Shown: positions 11,867 through 20,877 of the stretch, piece by piece
Position numbering within the stretch: the first letter of the stretch is position 1
Layout: every line of letters begins with the position of its first letter
Assembly: GCA_031284315.1 (NCBI GenBank)
Contig: JAITAB010000058.1
Span: 11,800 to 75,799, forward strand
Direction: 5' to 3'
Source: Campylobacteraceae bacterium
Lineage (GTDB): Bacteria > Campylobacterota > Campylobacteria > Campylobacterales > Campylobacteraceae
Length of the DNA: 64,000 nt
The notes under the pieces: generated by a model
The model's input: the letters and a program-made list of their open reading frames with translations, nothing else
Database searches by the model: none
Told to the model about the DNA's origin: nothing
Program-made: the position numbers and the translations under genes

Positions 11867-12108
11867 AAAATCGCGAATTTATCTCCAAAACAAGAACGGC
11901 AAAGGACAACATAGCGGAATTTATCGGGCAGATTTTTTTATGGTCGTTTGTTGTAATAGCTTTTATTTTACTGCAAAATTTTTTCAGCGGATTTTTGCAT
12001 TGGGTTTTTTATCTGCCTCTTTGCGCGATTTTCTCCATACCGCTTGGTTTTTCAGCCACCATCGGCACAGTCGCTTTCATGAATTTTATCAAAAAAACCA
12101 TACGATAA
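11863..12108 (+). CDS. Small membrane protein (2 TM)
   Basis: The ATG at 11863 overlaps the def stop (ATGA). Two hydrophobic helices. No family recognised. Confidence 0.5.
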   Translation: MKNREFISKTRTAKDNIAEFIGQIFLWSFVVIAFILLQNFFSGFLHWVFYLPLCAIFSIPLGFSATIGTVAFMNFIKKTIR

Positions 12109-12118
12109 ATTAAATCCC

Positions 12119-12781
12119 ATGAGCGTCAAAAACAGCCTCAAAAACGGTGTAAATTCCGTAGTCAAAACAGCCGCCCATGCCATATTAATCAAAATAATTA
12201 TCGGCGGCGTTTTATTGCTGACAGTATCTGCCGCGCTTATTCTCAAAAATATTTTTGATATTGAGACGGGAATTGCATTAATAATTTCATGCATATTTAT
12301 ATTGACCGTCTATATCGTATATAAAATAGTCAAACGCGCAAAAAATAGACCTGAAAAAGTAGAAAATCCAACGCTGTGGGACAAAATGGGCATATCCGCA
12401 GCAACGCGCTTTACCTTCGTAAATATGGCGCAAAAACTGCTACTTGTTTTTATGCCGATTTGCTACTTGTTTTTACTCGTGCGTTTCGGAGTAGAAAAAG
12501 GAACAATTTTAATGGTAGTATTTATCGCCGTTTTGATTTGCCTTAATTACAAACTGCATGTAAAATTATATGAGCGGATAAGACTGCAAAACAGAGCAAA
12601 ATACGCTTACGCGCTTAGAGAAAATGCCGATACCGTATGCAAAAATTGCGGCGCGCTGATATCCAGAAACGATAAAATCTGCTTCAACTGCGGCGCAAAA
12701 ACAGAGCAAAAAGGCAAAACGACTATAATTATCGCCGTTTTGATAATCGTAGTAATTGCCTGCATGAGACTGTCTAAATAA
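12119..12781 (+). CDS. Membrane protein with C-terminal zinc-ribbon (CxxC..CxxC)
   Basis: Several TM segments, then CKNCGALISRNDKICFNCGAK, followed by a final TM helix. Confidence 0.6.
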   Translation: MSVKNSLKNGVNSVVKTAAHAILIKIIIGGVLLLTVSAALILKNIFDIETGIALIISCIFILTVYIVYKIVKRAKNRPEKVENPTLWDKMGISAATRFTFVNMAQKLLLVFMPICYLFLLVRFGVEKGTILMVVFIAVLICLNYKLHVKLYERIRLQNRAKYAYALRENADTVCKNCGALISRNDKICFNCGAKTEQKGKTTIIIAVLIIVVIACMRLSK

Positions 12782-12873
12782 TAAAAAATTGTGCTTTATC
12801 GATTACTCAGTAAAATATCAACAAGTTTGTTATAATATAAGTTGTTTATCAATCACATAATGAGAAAGGTACA

Positions 12874-14205
12874 ATGAAAGAGGATTTTAATAAACTTTTT
12901 TGGAACATACTGGGCGTTAAACATAGGGTTTATGGCATAGAAGATTTGTTATTGTTTGAGATTTCTAATAAAGAGGCGAAACAAAAACAATTCGAGAGAT
13001 TTACTAAGAGCACCATAGAATTGAGCAATATTAAGTATTTTGAATTATTACTTTCAGAAACTATCATTTTTCGTCAATTTTTTTGCCTTAAAGAAGAGTA
13101 TAGACATCTCCGTTTCTGCGTAAATCAAATTACAAGCATAATACTTAATTATAAATTATTTTTATGGCTTAAATTAGATAAACAATGCTTTAGTAATATG
13201 CTTGCTTTTCAGACGGCTTTAATTATAGAGTACATATATAAAAATAATTTTGATACAAAAATGCTTGATGAGAGTTTGAAAAAACAAAGCTTTTATCCGT
13301 TTGTCAAAGGGATATTAGCTAATGATTTAGCGTATGCTTATATTGATTACTTGGAAATATTAAAATATAGATATGATAGCGACAAGGAAAGTAGTAATGT
13401 TATTGACAAAATTAATCAAGATATAGAAAATAACTATAAAAAGAAAATTGCTCAATGGGAAAAAAAGAAAACAGCCCCGTCTTTTATTGATATTATGGTG
13501 ATATCGTTACATAGGCATAAAAAAATATGTGAACCGTTTTTTATAAGTGTAATTCAAATGCTAATTGCAGGAGTTTTATTTCGTAAAAAATATTATTACA
13601 AAGAGCAATTGGATAAACTCAGAAAAGAATTAAAAAAGATTTTTAATGAAAGCAATTATTTATCTTTGCTTAAACAACGGCAGTATCAATACTTAATACC
13701 TATTGGTGATATCATAAGTACGGTTTCGGATTCCCGCCCGCACGAAAGTGTAAAGAGCATAAACGATATAGATACTATGAAAATTTTTAATGAAATGGGC
13801 ACCGCAAGTCTTACAAGTATTGTTGAACTGCTCTCTCAATTCTGCCAATGTGAGTTTGGCAAGATGATATCACAAAAACTTCAAGAATCGCAGAAAAAAA
13901 TGCAGGATATTACAAAAGACATTACCTCCATATTTAATGACAAACAATACAAACAAGTAATTAAGGTATTAGATGGACAAAATGCACTTTTTTATCAACC
14001 TCGTATTTTTCTCATACAATTTATCGCGGCAATGAAATTAAATGATAATAAATTAGTGAAAAAATATTTTAAACTATTAAACAGAGAATTTGGTAATCTT
14101 TTTACTCCTTTTAAAAATAATTTTGAAAAAATAGCTCAAAATACAGATGATTTGGATGCATGCATAGAAGAAATTTCCAAAATTTTAGAAAATGTCGGCA
14201 ATTAA
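12874..14205 (+). CDS. Hypothetical protein, 443 aa, A+T-rich orphan, predicted helical and soluble
   Basis: Long uninterrupted ORF with an RBS-like gagaaagg before the ATG. The composition is visibly more A+T-rich than the flanks (not computed). I recognised no motif. Confidence 0.7.
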   Translation: MKEDFNKLFWNILGVKHRVYGIEDLLLFEISNKEAKQKQFERFTKSTIELSNIKYFELLLSETIIFRQFFCLKEEYRHLRFCVNQITSIILNYKLFLWLKLDKQCFSNMLAFQTALIIEYIYKNNFDTKMLDESLKKQSFYPFVKGILANDLAYAYIDYLEILKYRYDSDKESSNVIDKINQDIENNYKKKIAQWEKKKTAPSFIDIMVISLHRHKKICEPFFISVIQMLIAGVLFRKKYYYKEQLDKLRKELKKIFNESNYLSLLKQRQYQYLIPIGDIISTVSDSRPHESVKSINDIDTMKIFNEMGTASLTSIVELLSQFCQCEFGKMISQKLQESQKKMQDITKDITSIFNDKQYKQVIKVLDGQNALFYQPRIFLIQFIAAMKLNDNKLVKKYFKLLNREFGNLFTPFKNNFEKIAQNTDDLDACIEEISKILENVGN

Positions 14206-14293
14206 GTTAGTATTAAGTTTCAGTTGAGCTAAAATCCTATTAAGTGTTTCAAGACAAGTGTTTGAAATGCAAATTTTTACAAAGGAGGGTTCA

Positions 14294-14404
14294 AATGGCG
14301 CATCAAGACGATTTGGATAACCACGCTGATCAATGTAATCCGAACAATGATGAGTATTGGAATTCGCGCGGTGAGGAAAAACCTGACGATAGCGAACAAC
14401 ATGA
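14294..14404 (+). CDS. Small acidic protein, 36 aa (MAHQDDLDNHADQCNPNNDEYWNSRGEEKPDDSEQQ)
   Basis: Not in the ORF track because it is under 60 aa. A strong RBS AAGGAGGG ends 6 nt before the ATG. The N-H-A-x-Q-x-NPNN-x-x-YW motif resembles a widespread small hydrophilic protein family (recollection only). Confidence 0.5.
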
Positions 14405-14453
14405 AGATATAGATGACGAATAGTTATTTTGCAAAATTACAAAGGAGGAAAAC

Positions 14454-14594
14454 ATGGCAAAAACTAATATGACGCCAAAATCAGCAGGCAGGATCCAGTC
14501 TGCTGGAGCAAAACAAAACAATGGCGCTGTATCAAAAGGTTCTTTTGCTGCCAGAGCTCAAAAAGCTGCAGCGAAAAATACAGCTAAAAAATAA
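14454..14594 (+). CDS. Small basic Ala/Lys-rich protein, 46 aa (MAKTNMTPKSAGRIQSAGAKQNNGAVSKGSFAARAQKAAAKNTAKK)
   Basis: RBS AAAGGAGGA lies 4 nt upstream of the ATG, and a strong hairpin follows immediately. The motif TP..A.RIQSA.AK..G.VSKGSFAARAQ.AA resembles SMP/LEA-D34-like repeats (recollection only). Confidence 0.5.
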   Translation: MAKTNMTPKSAGRIQSAGAKQNNGAVSKGSFAARAQKAAAKNTAKK

Positions 14595-14599
14595 ATAGT

Positions 14600-14629
14600 G
14601 AGCCAAAAGGCGTTATCTCCTTTTGGCTC
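14600..14629 (+). terminator. Hairpin downstream of the small-ORF pair
   Basis: GAGCCAAAAGG (14600-14610), loop cgttatct, then CCTTTTGGCTC (14619-14629). The stem is a perfect 11 bp. No long U-tract follows. Confidence 0.5.
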
Positions 14630-14641
14630 ATGTCTTGAAAT

Positions 14642-14761
14642 TTAACTGCAGTATTCATTCTAAAGATAAAAAAACACTTTAATATTGAGCATTTGAGTAA
14701 AATCGCCGCCGTTTTGGAGACGAATATTTGCGAATTTTTCAAAAAATCAAGCGATACTTGA
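14642..14761 (+). pseudogene. 3' fragment of an XRE-family HTH gene
   Basis: The frame reads ..KKHFNIEHLSKIAAVLETNICEFFKKSSDT*. This parallels NAHFNIEHLIKIAYVLETDISDFF in ORF 1249..1545. There is no start codon and no N-terminal half. Confidence 0.5.
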
Positions 14762-15035
14762 ATACATTGGCGCATGCAGCTTTGAATATGCAAAAATCGT
14801 GTGGATATATCTAAACGCAAACGGAAAACCGAGCAAAATTTCAAATGAATTGACGGCAAAATATACCGCTTTTTTCCAACTGATTTTTAATCTATTTTTA
14901 TGAAAATATAGCTACAATAATATTTCTTTATAATTTTTTGTTCATTGACTTATCATTGTCAAAACGATTGGAAAAAGTCCAAAAAACAACGAATTTAAAG
15001 GGAATATCTTTTTTAAGAGAACCTGTTTTTATCCA

Positions 15036-15130
15036 ATGAACCGACACAAGCGTTGTATTGAAATATCGCTCCGTCCATAAGCAATTTAGTATCGCTTACG
15101 CATGAACCGACACAAAAGTTGTATTGAAAT
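15036..15130. CRISPR. Orphan mini-array: 2 repeats and 1 spacer, inverted relative to the main array
   Basis: 15101-15130 (CATGAACCGACACAAAAGTTGTATTGAAAT) is the exact reverse complement of the 30-nt repeat at 52.6-53.1 kb. 15036-15064 is a degenerate copy (ATGAACCGACACAAGCGTTGTATTGAAAT). The spacer at 15065-15100 is 36 nt. Confidence 0.85.
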
Positions 15131-15190
15131 TATTGTTACAATGGCAATATATTTCACTTTGATGTCTTGAAGCGATGAATAAAGTTATTT

Positions 15191-15287
15191 TTAAAACTTT
15201 TGCCTGCTTATGCCGCCAAGTATCGACACAAAGAGATACTCTTCCAAATTTCTTACGCCGCTTTTTGTTTTTCGCATAAACAGTAAG
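15191..15287 (-). pseudogene. Duplicated 3'-end fragment of pcm
   Basis: The reverse strand reads ..RKTKSGVRNLEEYLFVSILGGISRQKF*, against the intact pcm C-terminus IKTKSGIRVRNLEECLFVPILNGISR*. DNA at 15204-15281 aligns with 17085-17165 apart from one 6-nt indel. Confidence 0.8.
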
Positions 15288-15314
15288 GCAAAGGTTTAAC
15301 CTTTGCCCGTAAAA

Positions 15315-16688
15315 TCAATCCTGCCTTACAATAGGCGGTAAAGCGGTCTCTGTCTCCTCGCCGTATACTCTAAACCAAAAATAGAATTCATCATCTTTGG
15401 GCGCAAGAATCCAATTATTTTCCTTGTCCGCTTCCGGTTTTTCATTTTGGATATAAAGCGTAAACGAACCGTCAGGGTTTTTTGCTATGTTATCAATGCC
15501 TCTTATTCCGTATGGTTTGCCAAATAAAGAATCGTCTGACTCGTAAAGCGTCAAAGACCAAAAATATTTTGCGTCAGGTTCCGCGTCAAATGTTATCGTA
15601 TAGTTATTGGAGCCGTTGAGCGTCTCGCCTTTGCCGTCTTTGTCAGCGAGAAAATAGACGGCTTCTTCTTTAGTATTGCCGTATATTCCAAACCATGCGA
15701 CCTGCGCGCGCGTTAGATAGTCTTCGCCCCATCTGGCGGTATCTTCCGGCGAACGAGTCCAGTAATTGTCTGCCGCCGAGCCTTGTCTGTTTATCCAAGG
15801 TTTTATCTCCTCTTTTGCTTCCGCCGCCCCCGCTTCTATCTGCGCCCATTCCTCTGCGCTAAAGTCTGTTTCGCTGAACTCTTCGCCTGCGCCCAAATGA
15901 AGCTTTTCAAAGCCTTCCAAAACTTTTTTATCCGTATCGGAGGGCAAATGATACTGCAAGATATAGTTAAATGTCTTAAAAAATTCCGCCGTGCTTGCAT
16001 TATCGGCTCGAATATTGCCGTATGTGATATTCCACTCCAAAGGCGCAGTCGGAGAGCCGCTTAATGTCTGTATATTAAAAGCGGTTGTAAGGGAAAGACT
16101 TCTGGCTCCCGCATCGTTGTCGTTAAAAACTTGTATGCGTCCCAATGCTAATATTATAGAAGAAGGCAGTTTGATAACATCTTTTATATCGGCAGGAACA
16201 GTCCCATTCCAACTTTCAAGCGCTATTAGATACTTGCCGTCTGTTCTGTTGGAAACAGAGCCTAAATACTGCGCATTTGTAAAAATATCTAATAACTGTA
16301 TGGAAACATAGCGGCTGTCTTCTATCTTGGGGACATCTACAATTATAGGTTCGTTTCTGATATCCAATACGCCGAAAGTATATAGCGTGTCAATATTCGG
16401 AGCGCCTGTCGTGGTATTGTTTGACGTGATTACGCCTGAGCCGAAAATGTGATTTATTCGGGTCAGATTATTGGCATAACGCGATAGAAAATTATTATGT
16501 TCTACTACGGGCACAGCGTAGATATATGCCTCTTTAGCCGCCTGTTTTAAGTTCTTTTCCGAAGAATCAGAATCGCCGCCGCATGATATAAATAAAAATG
16601 CGCCCGCTAACGCTAAAAATTTGAAAGCATGTTTCAAATAACCTCGTCTGCCATTTGCAGACCCAAAACCTAAAATGTTCAAACTCAT
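15315..16688 (-). CDS. DUF1254/DUF1214 two-domain lipoprotein
   Basis: N-terminus NGRRGYLKHAFKFLALAGAFLFISCGG has a Tat-like RR motif and a lipobox. NIDTLY, SIQLLD and YFWSLTLY segments are typical of DUF1254 followed by DUF1214 (family recognised by eye). Confidence 0.75.
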   Translation of the reverse strand: MSLNILGFGSANGRRGYLKHAFKFLALAGAFLFISCGGDSDSSEKNLKQAAKEAYIYAVPVVEHNNFLSRYANNLTRINHIFGSGVITSNNTTTGAPNIDTLYTFGVLDIRNEPIIVDVPKIEDSRYVSIQLLDIFTNAQYLGSVSNRTDGKYLIALESWNGTVPADIKDVIKLPSSIILALGRIQVFNDNDAGARSLSLTTAFNIQTLSGSPTAPLEWNITYGNIRADNASTAEFFKTFNYILQYHLPSDTDKKVLEGFEKLHLGAGEEFSETDFSAEEWAQIEAGAAEAKEEIKPWINRQGSAADNYWTRSPEDTARWGEDYLTRAQVAWFGIYGNTKEEAVYFLADKDGKGETLNGSNNYTITFDAEPDAKYFWSLTLYESDDSLFGKPYGIRGIDNIAKNPDGSFTLYIQNEKPEADKENNWILAPKDDEFYFWFRVYGEETETALPPIVRQD

Positions 16689-17080
16689 TTTATTTCCTTG
16701 TGTATTATTGTTGATAAATTAATCCATAGCATAAAAGCATAGTTAATATATCAATTTAATATAGAATATTATTATATAAAGAATTAAATTTTGCTAAAAA
16801 AATTAAGATATTGTATTTTTTACTATGGTTTTTGAGAGGTTTTGATTATAAAATAATAGATTTAGAGGTCTATTTTTGGTTATTTTAGTTATTTTTATTG
16901 TTAGAATAAAAATTTAAGAATTTAAAAGTACAAAATGTTTCGCGCCGATTTTTATGCTTGCATGACGGGAAATAATTATATGTTTTTGCAGCAAGGCGCT
17001 GCTTTTGCATTACCGAAAAATATCTGTTTTACTGATAATAAACACAAACATGTAAAGTTTGATTCGTGCAAATACTCTAC

Positions 17081-17734
17081 TTATCTGCTTATGCCGTTTA
17101 GTATCGGCACAAAGAGGCACTCTTCCAAATTTCTTACTCTTATGCCGCTTTTTGTTTTGATAAACTGCGTGATTACCTGCTTTGAGCCCGTCTCTATGGG
17201 CGCGGCTAAAACGCCGTTTTCTGCAAGCTGTTCAAGCAATGTTTCGGGGATTTTTTTGACAGATGCCGAGAGCAGTATTCTGTCGTACGGAGCATAATCG
17301 CGCCACCCTTTCTGCCCGTCGTCAAATCTTGCATGTATATTTGAAATTCCGAGCATTTTAAAGCATTTTTTGGCTTCCAAAAGCAGCGGCTCAATCCTCT
17401 CAACAGTAAAAACTCTTCTGATAAGTTTAGACAAAATCGCCGCCTGATAGCCGCTTCCGCAGCCAATTTCCAACACAGAATCCACATCTTTACTTATCTC
17501 TAACGCCAAAGTCATCTTTGCAACTGTTAAGGGCGAACTTATCCATTGATTTTGCGAAATAGGGAGCGGGTCAAGTTTATAAGCTTGATGTTTAAAACTT
17601 TTCGGCACAAAAACCTCTCTGTCAATGGAAGCAAACGCATTATATAAATCCCTGTCAAACTTTACTATTGCTGATATTTCATCTGCTAATTTTTGGCACT
17701 TTTGCGCTACGATTTTGGAGTTAAATTCACTCAT
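17081..17734 (-). CDS. pcm: Protein-L-isoaspartate O-methyltransferase
   Basis: SAM-binding VLEIGCGSGYQAAILS, and ISSPLTVAKM.. The start at ATG 17734 (MSEFNSK) is preferred over GTG at 17743. Confidence 0.9.
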   Translation of the reverse strand: MSEFNSKIVAQKCQKLADEISAIVKFDRDLYNAFASIDREVFVPKSFKHQAYKLDPLPISQNQWISSPLTVAKMTLALEISKDVDSVLEIGCGSGYQAAILSKLIRRVFTVERIEPLLLEAKKCFKMLGISNIHARFDDGQKGWRDYAPYDRILLSASVKKIPETLLEQLAENGVLAAPIETGSKQVITQFIKTKSGIRVRNLEECLFVPILNGISR

Positions 17735-17761
17735 TATCCACACTTTGTATGTATTAAATAT

Positions 17762-18784
17762 CTAAAAATCATCAAAAGAGAGGCTTCCTTTGCTGTAGTT
17801 GCTGACATTTCCTTCAAAAAAGTTTGTCTTCTGGTCATTGAAACGCGAAAAATCATCTACCCATTTGATAGGATGCTTAACATTGTAAAGCTTCTCAAAA
17901 CCAACCGATTTAAGCCGTTCGTCTATCAAATACTGTATATACTGCTCAATAATATCGTCCGTAAATCCCATGATTTGGTTTTGCGTGATATATTTGCCCC
18001 ATTCTATTTCAAGTGCGCCCGCGGTTTTGAACATATTGTAAACTTTGTCTTTAAACTCTTTGGTGAAAAGCTCAGGGCGTTCTTTCTGGACGCTGTTTAT
18101 CATATTTTGAAAAAGCAAAAGATGCGTTATCTCATCGCGCTGGATAAATCTTATCATCTGCGCGCTTCCAAGCATTTTTCCCGCTCTTGCCAAAGAATAT
18201 ATGGAAGCAAATCCGGCATAAAAATAGAGACCTTCTAGTATTTGATTTGCAAACATTGCAAGCGCTATTTTTTCTTCGGTTACGTCTCCCGCCAATTGCT
18301 CGTAAATGCCCGAAATATAGTCGTTTTTCTTGCGTAAAACATCGTCATGTTTTTCCATCTCATATATAAGGTCGGTATTGTCGCAAATCGCTTCAGCCAT
18401 GACCGCGTAAGACTTTGAGTGGTTCGCTTCTTCGTAAGCTTGGCGCGCAAGACAGGCGTTTATCTCGGGCGCGGTTATGTAAGGATTGATATTGTCCGCC
18501 AGATTATTTGTCTGAAAACTGTCCATGCTGATTAACTGCGACCAGACCAAATCATACATGCGCTTTTCAGAAGCGGTGAGATTTTTATTGTAATCCACCA
18601 CATCGTTTGTTGTATCAACTTCGCGCGGAAACCAAGTATTTGCCTCCATGACATCCCAAAGTTTCAGCGCCCATGCGTATTTCGCCTTTGTAAAATTCAA
18701 AATACCATGCGGATTGCCGCTAAAAATCCTGCGCTCGGTGAGAGTTTCATTGGAATTTGGATTGTAGATATGTTTTCTTTGCAT
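17762..18784 (-). CDS. nrdB: Ribonucleoside-diphosphate reductase beta subunit (class Ia)
   Basis: Di-iron and tyrosyl-radical motifs ([21 protein letters not shown]) and an acidic C-terminal tail SLSFDDF. Confidence 0.95.
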   Translation of the reverse strand: MQRKHIYNPNSNETLTERRIFSGNPHGILNFTKAKYAWALKLWDVMEANTWFPREVDTTNDVVDYNKNLTASEKRMYDLVWSQLISMDSFQTNNLADNINPYITAPEINACLARQAYEEANHSKSYAVMAEAICDNTDLIYEMEKHDDVLRKKNDYISGIYEQLAGDVTEEKIALAMFANQILEGLYFYAGFASIYSLARAGKMLGSAQMIRFIQRDEITHLLLFQNMINSVQKERPELFTKEFKDKVYNMFKTAGALEIEWGKYITQNQIMGFTDDIIEQYIQYLIDERLKSVGFEKLYNVKHPIKWVDDFSRFNDQKTNFFEGNVSNYSKGSLSFDDF

Positions 18785-18800
18785 GATATCTCCTTAACAT

Positions 18801-20516
18801 TTAGTGGTTTGGAATATTACCACTATTTAACTCTAAAACTTCTGAGGCGCGGACAAGCGCGCTGTCAATGTGATTTGTAATATTTTGAGCGCCCAAAAGC
18901 TTATCCATTCCTTTTTTTTCAAGTCTCTTTTTTATCTCTTTTGATACCCCCGAAAGTATCAAAATGGTATTTTTCGCCCTGCACATTTCATAAAATTCTT
19001 CCAGCGCATGATATCCCGTCTCGTCCATCATCGGCACTTTTCTCATTCGCAAAATAAAGACTTTCGGCGGAGTTGAGACTATATCAAGCACCCCTTTTAA
19101 TTTGTCCGCTATGCCGAAGAAAAAAGGACCTCCTATCTCGTAAACTTCCACGCCCTCAGGCACATGTTTTTTAGACAAAGCGTCCGCGTCTTCAAGCTCT
19201 TCATCGTAATTTACCGCATCAAAATCCAAATCTTTTATGGAAGCTTTTTTGTCCGTTATCTGCGTTACGTCTATCATGCGCTTGATAAATAACAATGCCG
19301 CCATCATGATGCCCGTTTGAACGCCCGTGTTCAAATCAATAAATACAGTCAGCGCAAATGTCGTTACAAGCACTATCGCGTCATGCCTTTCGGAGTTTAA
19401 AAGTATCGCCTTAAAGTGGTGAAATTCGCTCATATTCCAAGCTACCACTACAAGTATCGCCGAAAGCGCGCAAAGCGGTATCAACAGTATCAAAGAGGAT
19501 AAAAAGAACATAAACAGCAGTAAAAAAAGCGCGTGAAACATGCCCGCAAGCGGACTGAACGCCCCCGCTTTTATGTTTGTTACGGTTCTTGCTATCGCGC
19601 CTGTGGCGGCTATTCCGCCAAATATCACAGAGAAGATATTTGCCGTTCCCTGCGCTACCAGCTCTTTATTTGAGTGGTGTCTGTCGCCTGTCATGCCGTC
19701 TGCTACGACCGCTGAGAGCAGGGATTCTATGGCTCCTAAAATAGCGATTGTTACGGCGTCTGGAAATACTGACCTGATTTTTTCAAGCGAAAATTCCGGC
19801 AGCGAAGGAGTTGGCAGCATGTTTGGGATTTTTTGAAATTTGCTTCCTATCGTGTCCACCTCAAACCCAAATATCCATACAATCAAAGAGAGAATAATAA
19901 TAACAGCTATGGGTCCGGGGATTTTTGGACAAAACCGCTTGCATGCGAATATTATCAAAACGCCAAAAACGCCAAGTCCAAACGAAACGGGCGAAATATC
20001 CTTGATAAACGCGCCGTAAGTTTGTATCTGTTCTACAAAGTCAGCAGGCATGGACGATATGGGAAGTCCCAGAAAATCCTTTATCTGCGAAGTAAATATG
20101 ATAAGCGCGATGCCTGCGGTAAATCCCACCGTAACGGGATAGGGGATAAATTTGATGATATTTCCGAGCCTGAAAAACCCCAAGAACATAAGCATGATGC
20201 CAGCTAAAAATACGGCTATGACAAGCCCGTCGTAGCCATGTTTTAACATCACCGCATAAAGCACGACTACAAAAGCTCCCGTAGGTCCGCCTATCTGGTA
20301 TCTGCTGCCGCCAAAAGCGGAGACGATAAATCCGGCTACGATAGCGGTAAAAAGCCCTTTTTCAGGCTCTACTCCCGAAGCTATCGCAAACGCCATGGCA
20401 AGCGGCAAAGCCACTACTGCGACAGTCGCGCCCGCTATCAAGTCGGCCGTGAACATTTTTGACTTGTAATTTTTGAAAATCATTACGCTTCGCGGCATAT
20501 ACGGCGTAAATTTCAT
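18801..20516 (-). CDS. SulP-family anion transporter with C-terminal STAS domain
   Basis: DLIAGATVAVVALPLAMAFA, GGSRYQIGGPTGAF and many TM segments. The C-terminal ~120 aa is STAS-like (FILRMRKVPMMDETGYHALEEF). Confidence 0.9.
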   Translation of the reverse strand: MKFTPYMPRSVMIFKNYKSKMFTADLIAGATVAVVALPLAMAFAIASGVEPEKGLFTAIVAGFIVSAFGGSRYQIGGPTGAFVVVLYAVMLKHGYDGLVIAVFLAGIMLMFLGFFRLGNIIKFIPYPVTVGFTAGIALIIFTSQIKDFLGLPISSMPADFVEQIQTYGAFIKDISPVSFGLGVFGVLIIFACKRFCPKIPGPIAVIIILSLIVWIFGFEVDTIGSKFQKIPNMLPTPSLPEFSLEKIRSVFPDAVTIAILGAIESLLSAVVADGMTGDRHHSNKELVAQGTANIFSVIFGGIAATGAIARTVTNIKAGAFSPLAGMFHALFLLLFMFFLSSLILLIPLCALSAILVVVAWNMSEFHHFKAILLNSERHDAIVLVTTFALTVFIDLNTGVQTGIMMAALLFIKRMIDVTQITDKKASIKDLDFDAVNYDEELEDADALSKKHVPEGVEVYEIGGPFFFGIADKLKGVLDIVSTPPKVFILRMRKVPMMDETGYHALEEFYEMCRAKNTILILSGVSKEIKKRLEKKGMDKLLGAQNITNHIDSALVRASEVLELNSGNIPNH

Positions 20517-20658
20517 AAAGACCCCTCTTTGCGCAAATTTAAAATAAAAGCTAAATTTTACCGCTAAAAAATTAAAAATTCAAGGGTTTAATTAGACTTT
20601 ATCGGCGGTATTTTTGAAAATCTTGATGCAAAGCGCGCTACCGCACCAATTTCATTGG

Positions 20659-20706
20659 CTCGCAATGACGAAGAGAATGGATTCCCGCCTGCGCGGGAAT
20701 GACAGA
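20659..20706. repeat. REP-like palindromic element
   Basis: ctcgcaatgacgaagagaatgg is followed by the hairpin ATTCCCGC-ctgc-GCGGGAAT and then gacaga. 20678-20706 is identical to 52403-52431. Confidence 0.8.
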
Positions 20707-20877
20707 CAAGGAGCGCATGTGTTTACCAGTCGTTCCGTTGGAAATGACAAAAATTGCCGCGCAATGCTTTAAATCATAAAATAAACGAACTATCGCTTTT
20801 CTTGCAAATATTAGCGCTATTGAATTAGCGCATCGTATGCCCGCATTTAAATACAACTTGCGGTGTGGAAAAAACTG

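Noticed and set aside
11863-12781. The two membrane-protein genes after def, considered as part of the accessory island.
   Set aside because: Their composition looks like the core genes. The first is translationally coupled to def (ATGA overlap). They are treated as core hypothetical genes.
14584-14859. 91-aa minus-strand ORF.
   Set aside because: It overlaps the terminator hairpin and the + strand HTH fragment. It has an odd composition and no start context.
20638-20856. 72-aa ORF on the minus strand (…SVIPAQAGIHSLRHCEPMKLVR).
   Set aside because: It spans the REP-like hairpin element. Its recognisable part is the typical spurious translation of that palindrome, and there is no RBS or coding context.
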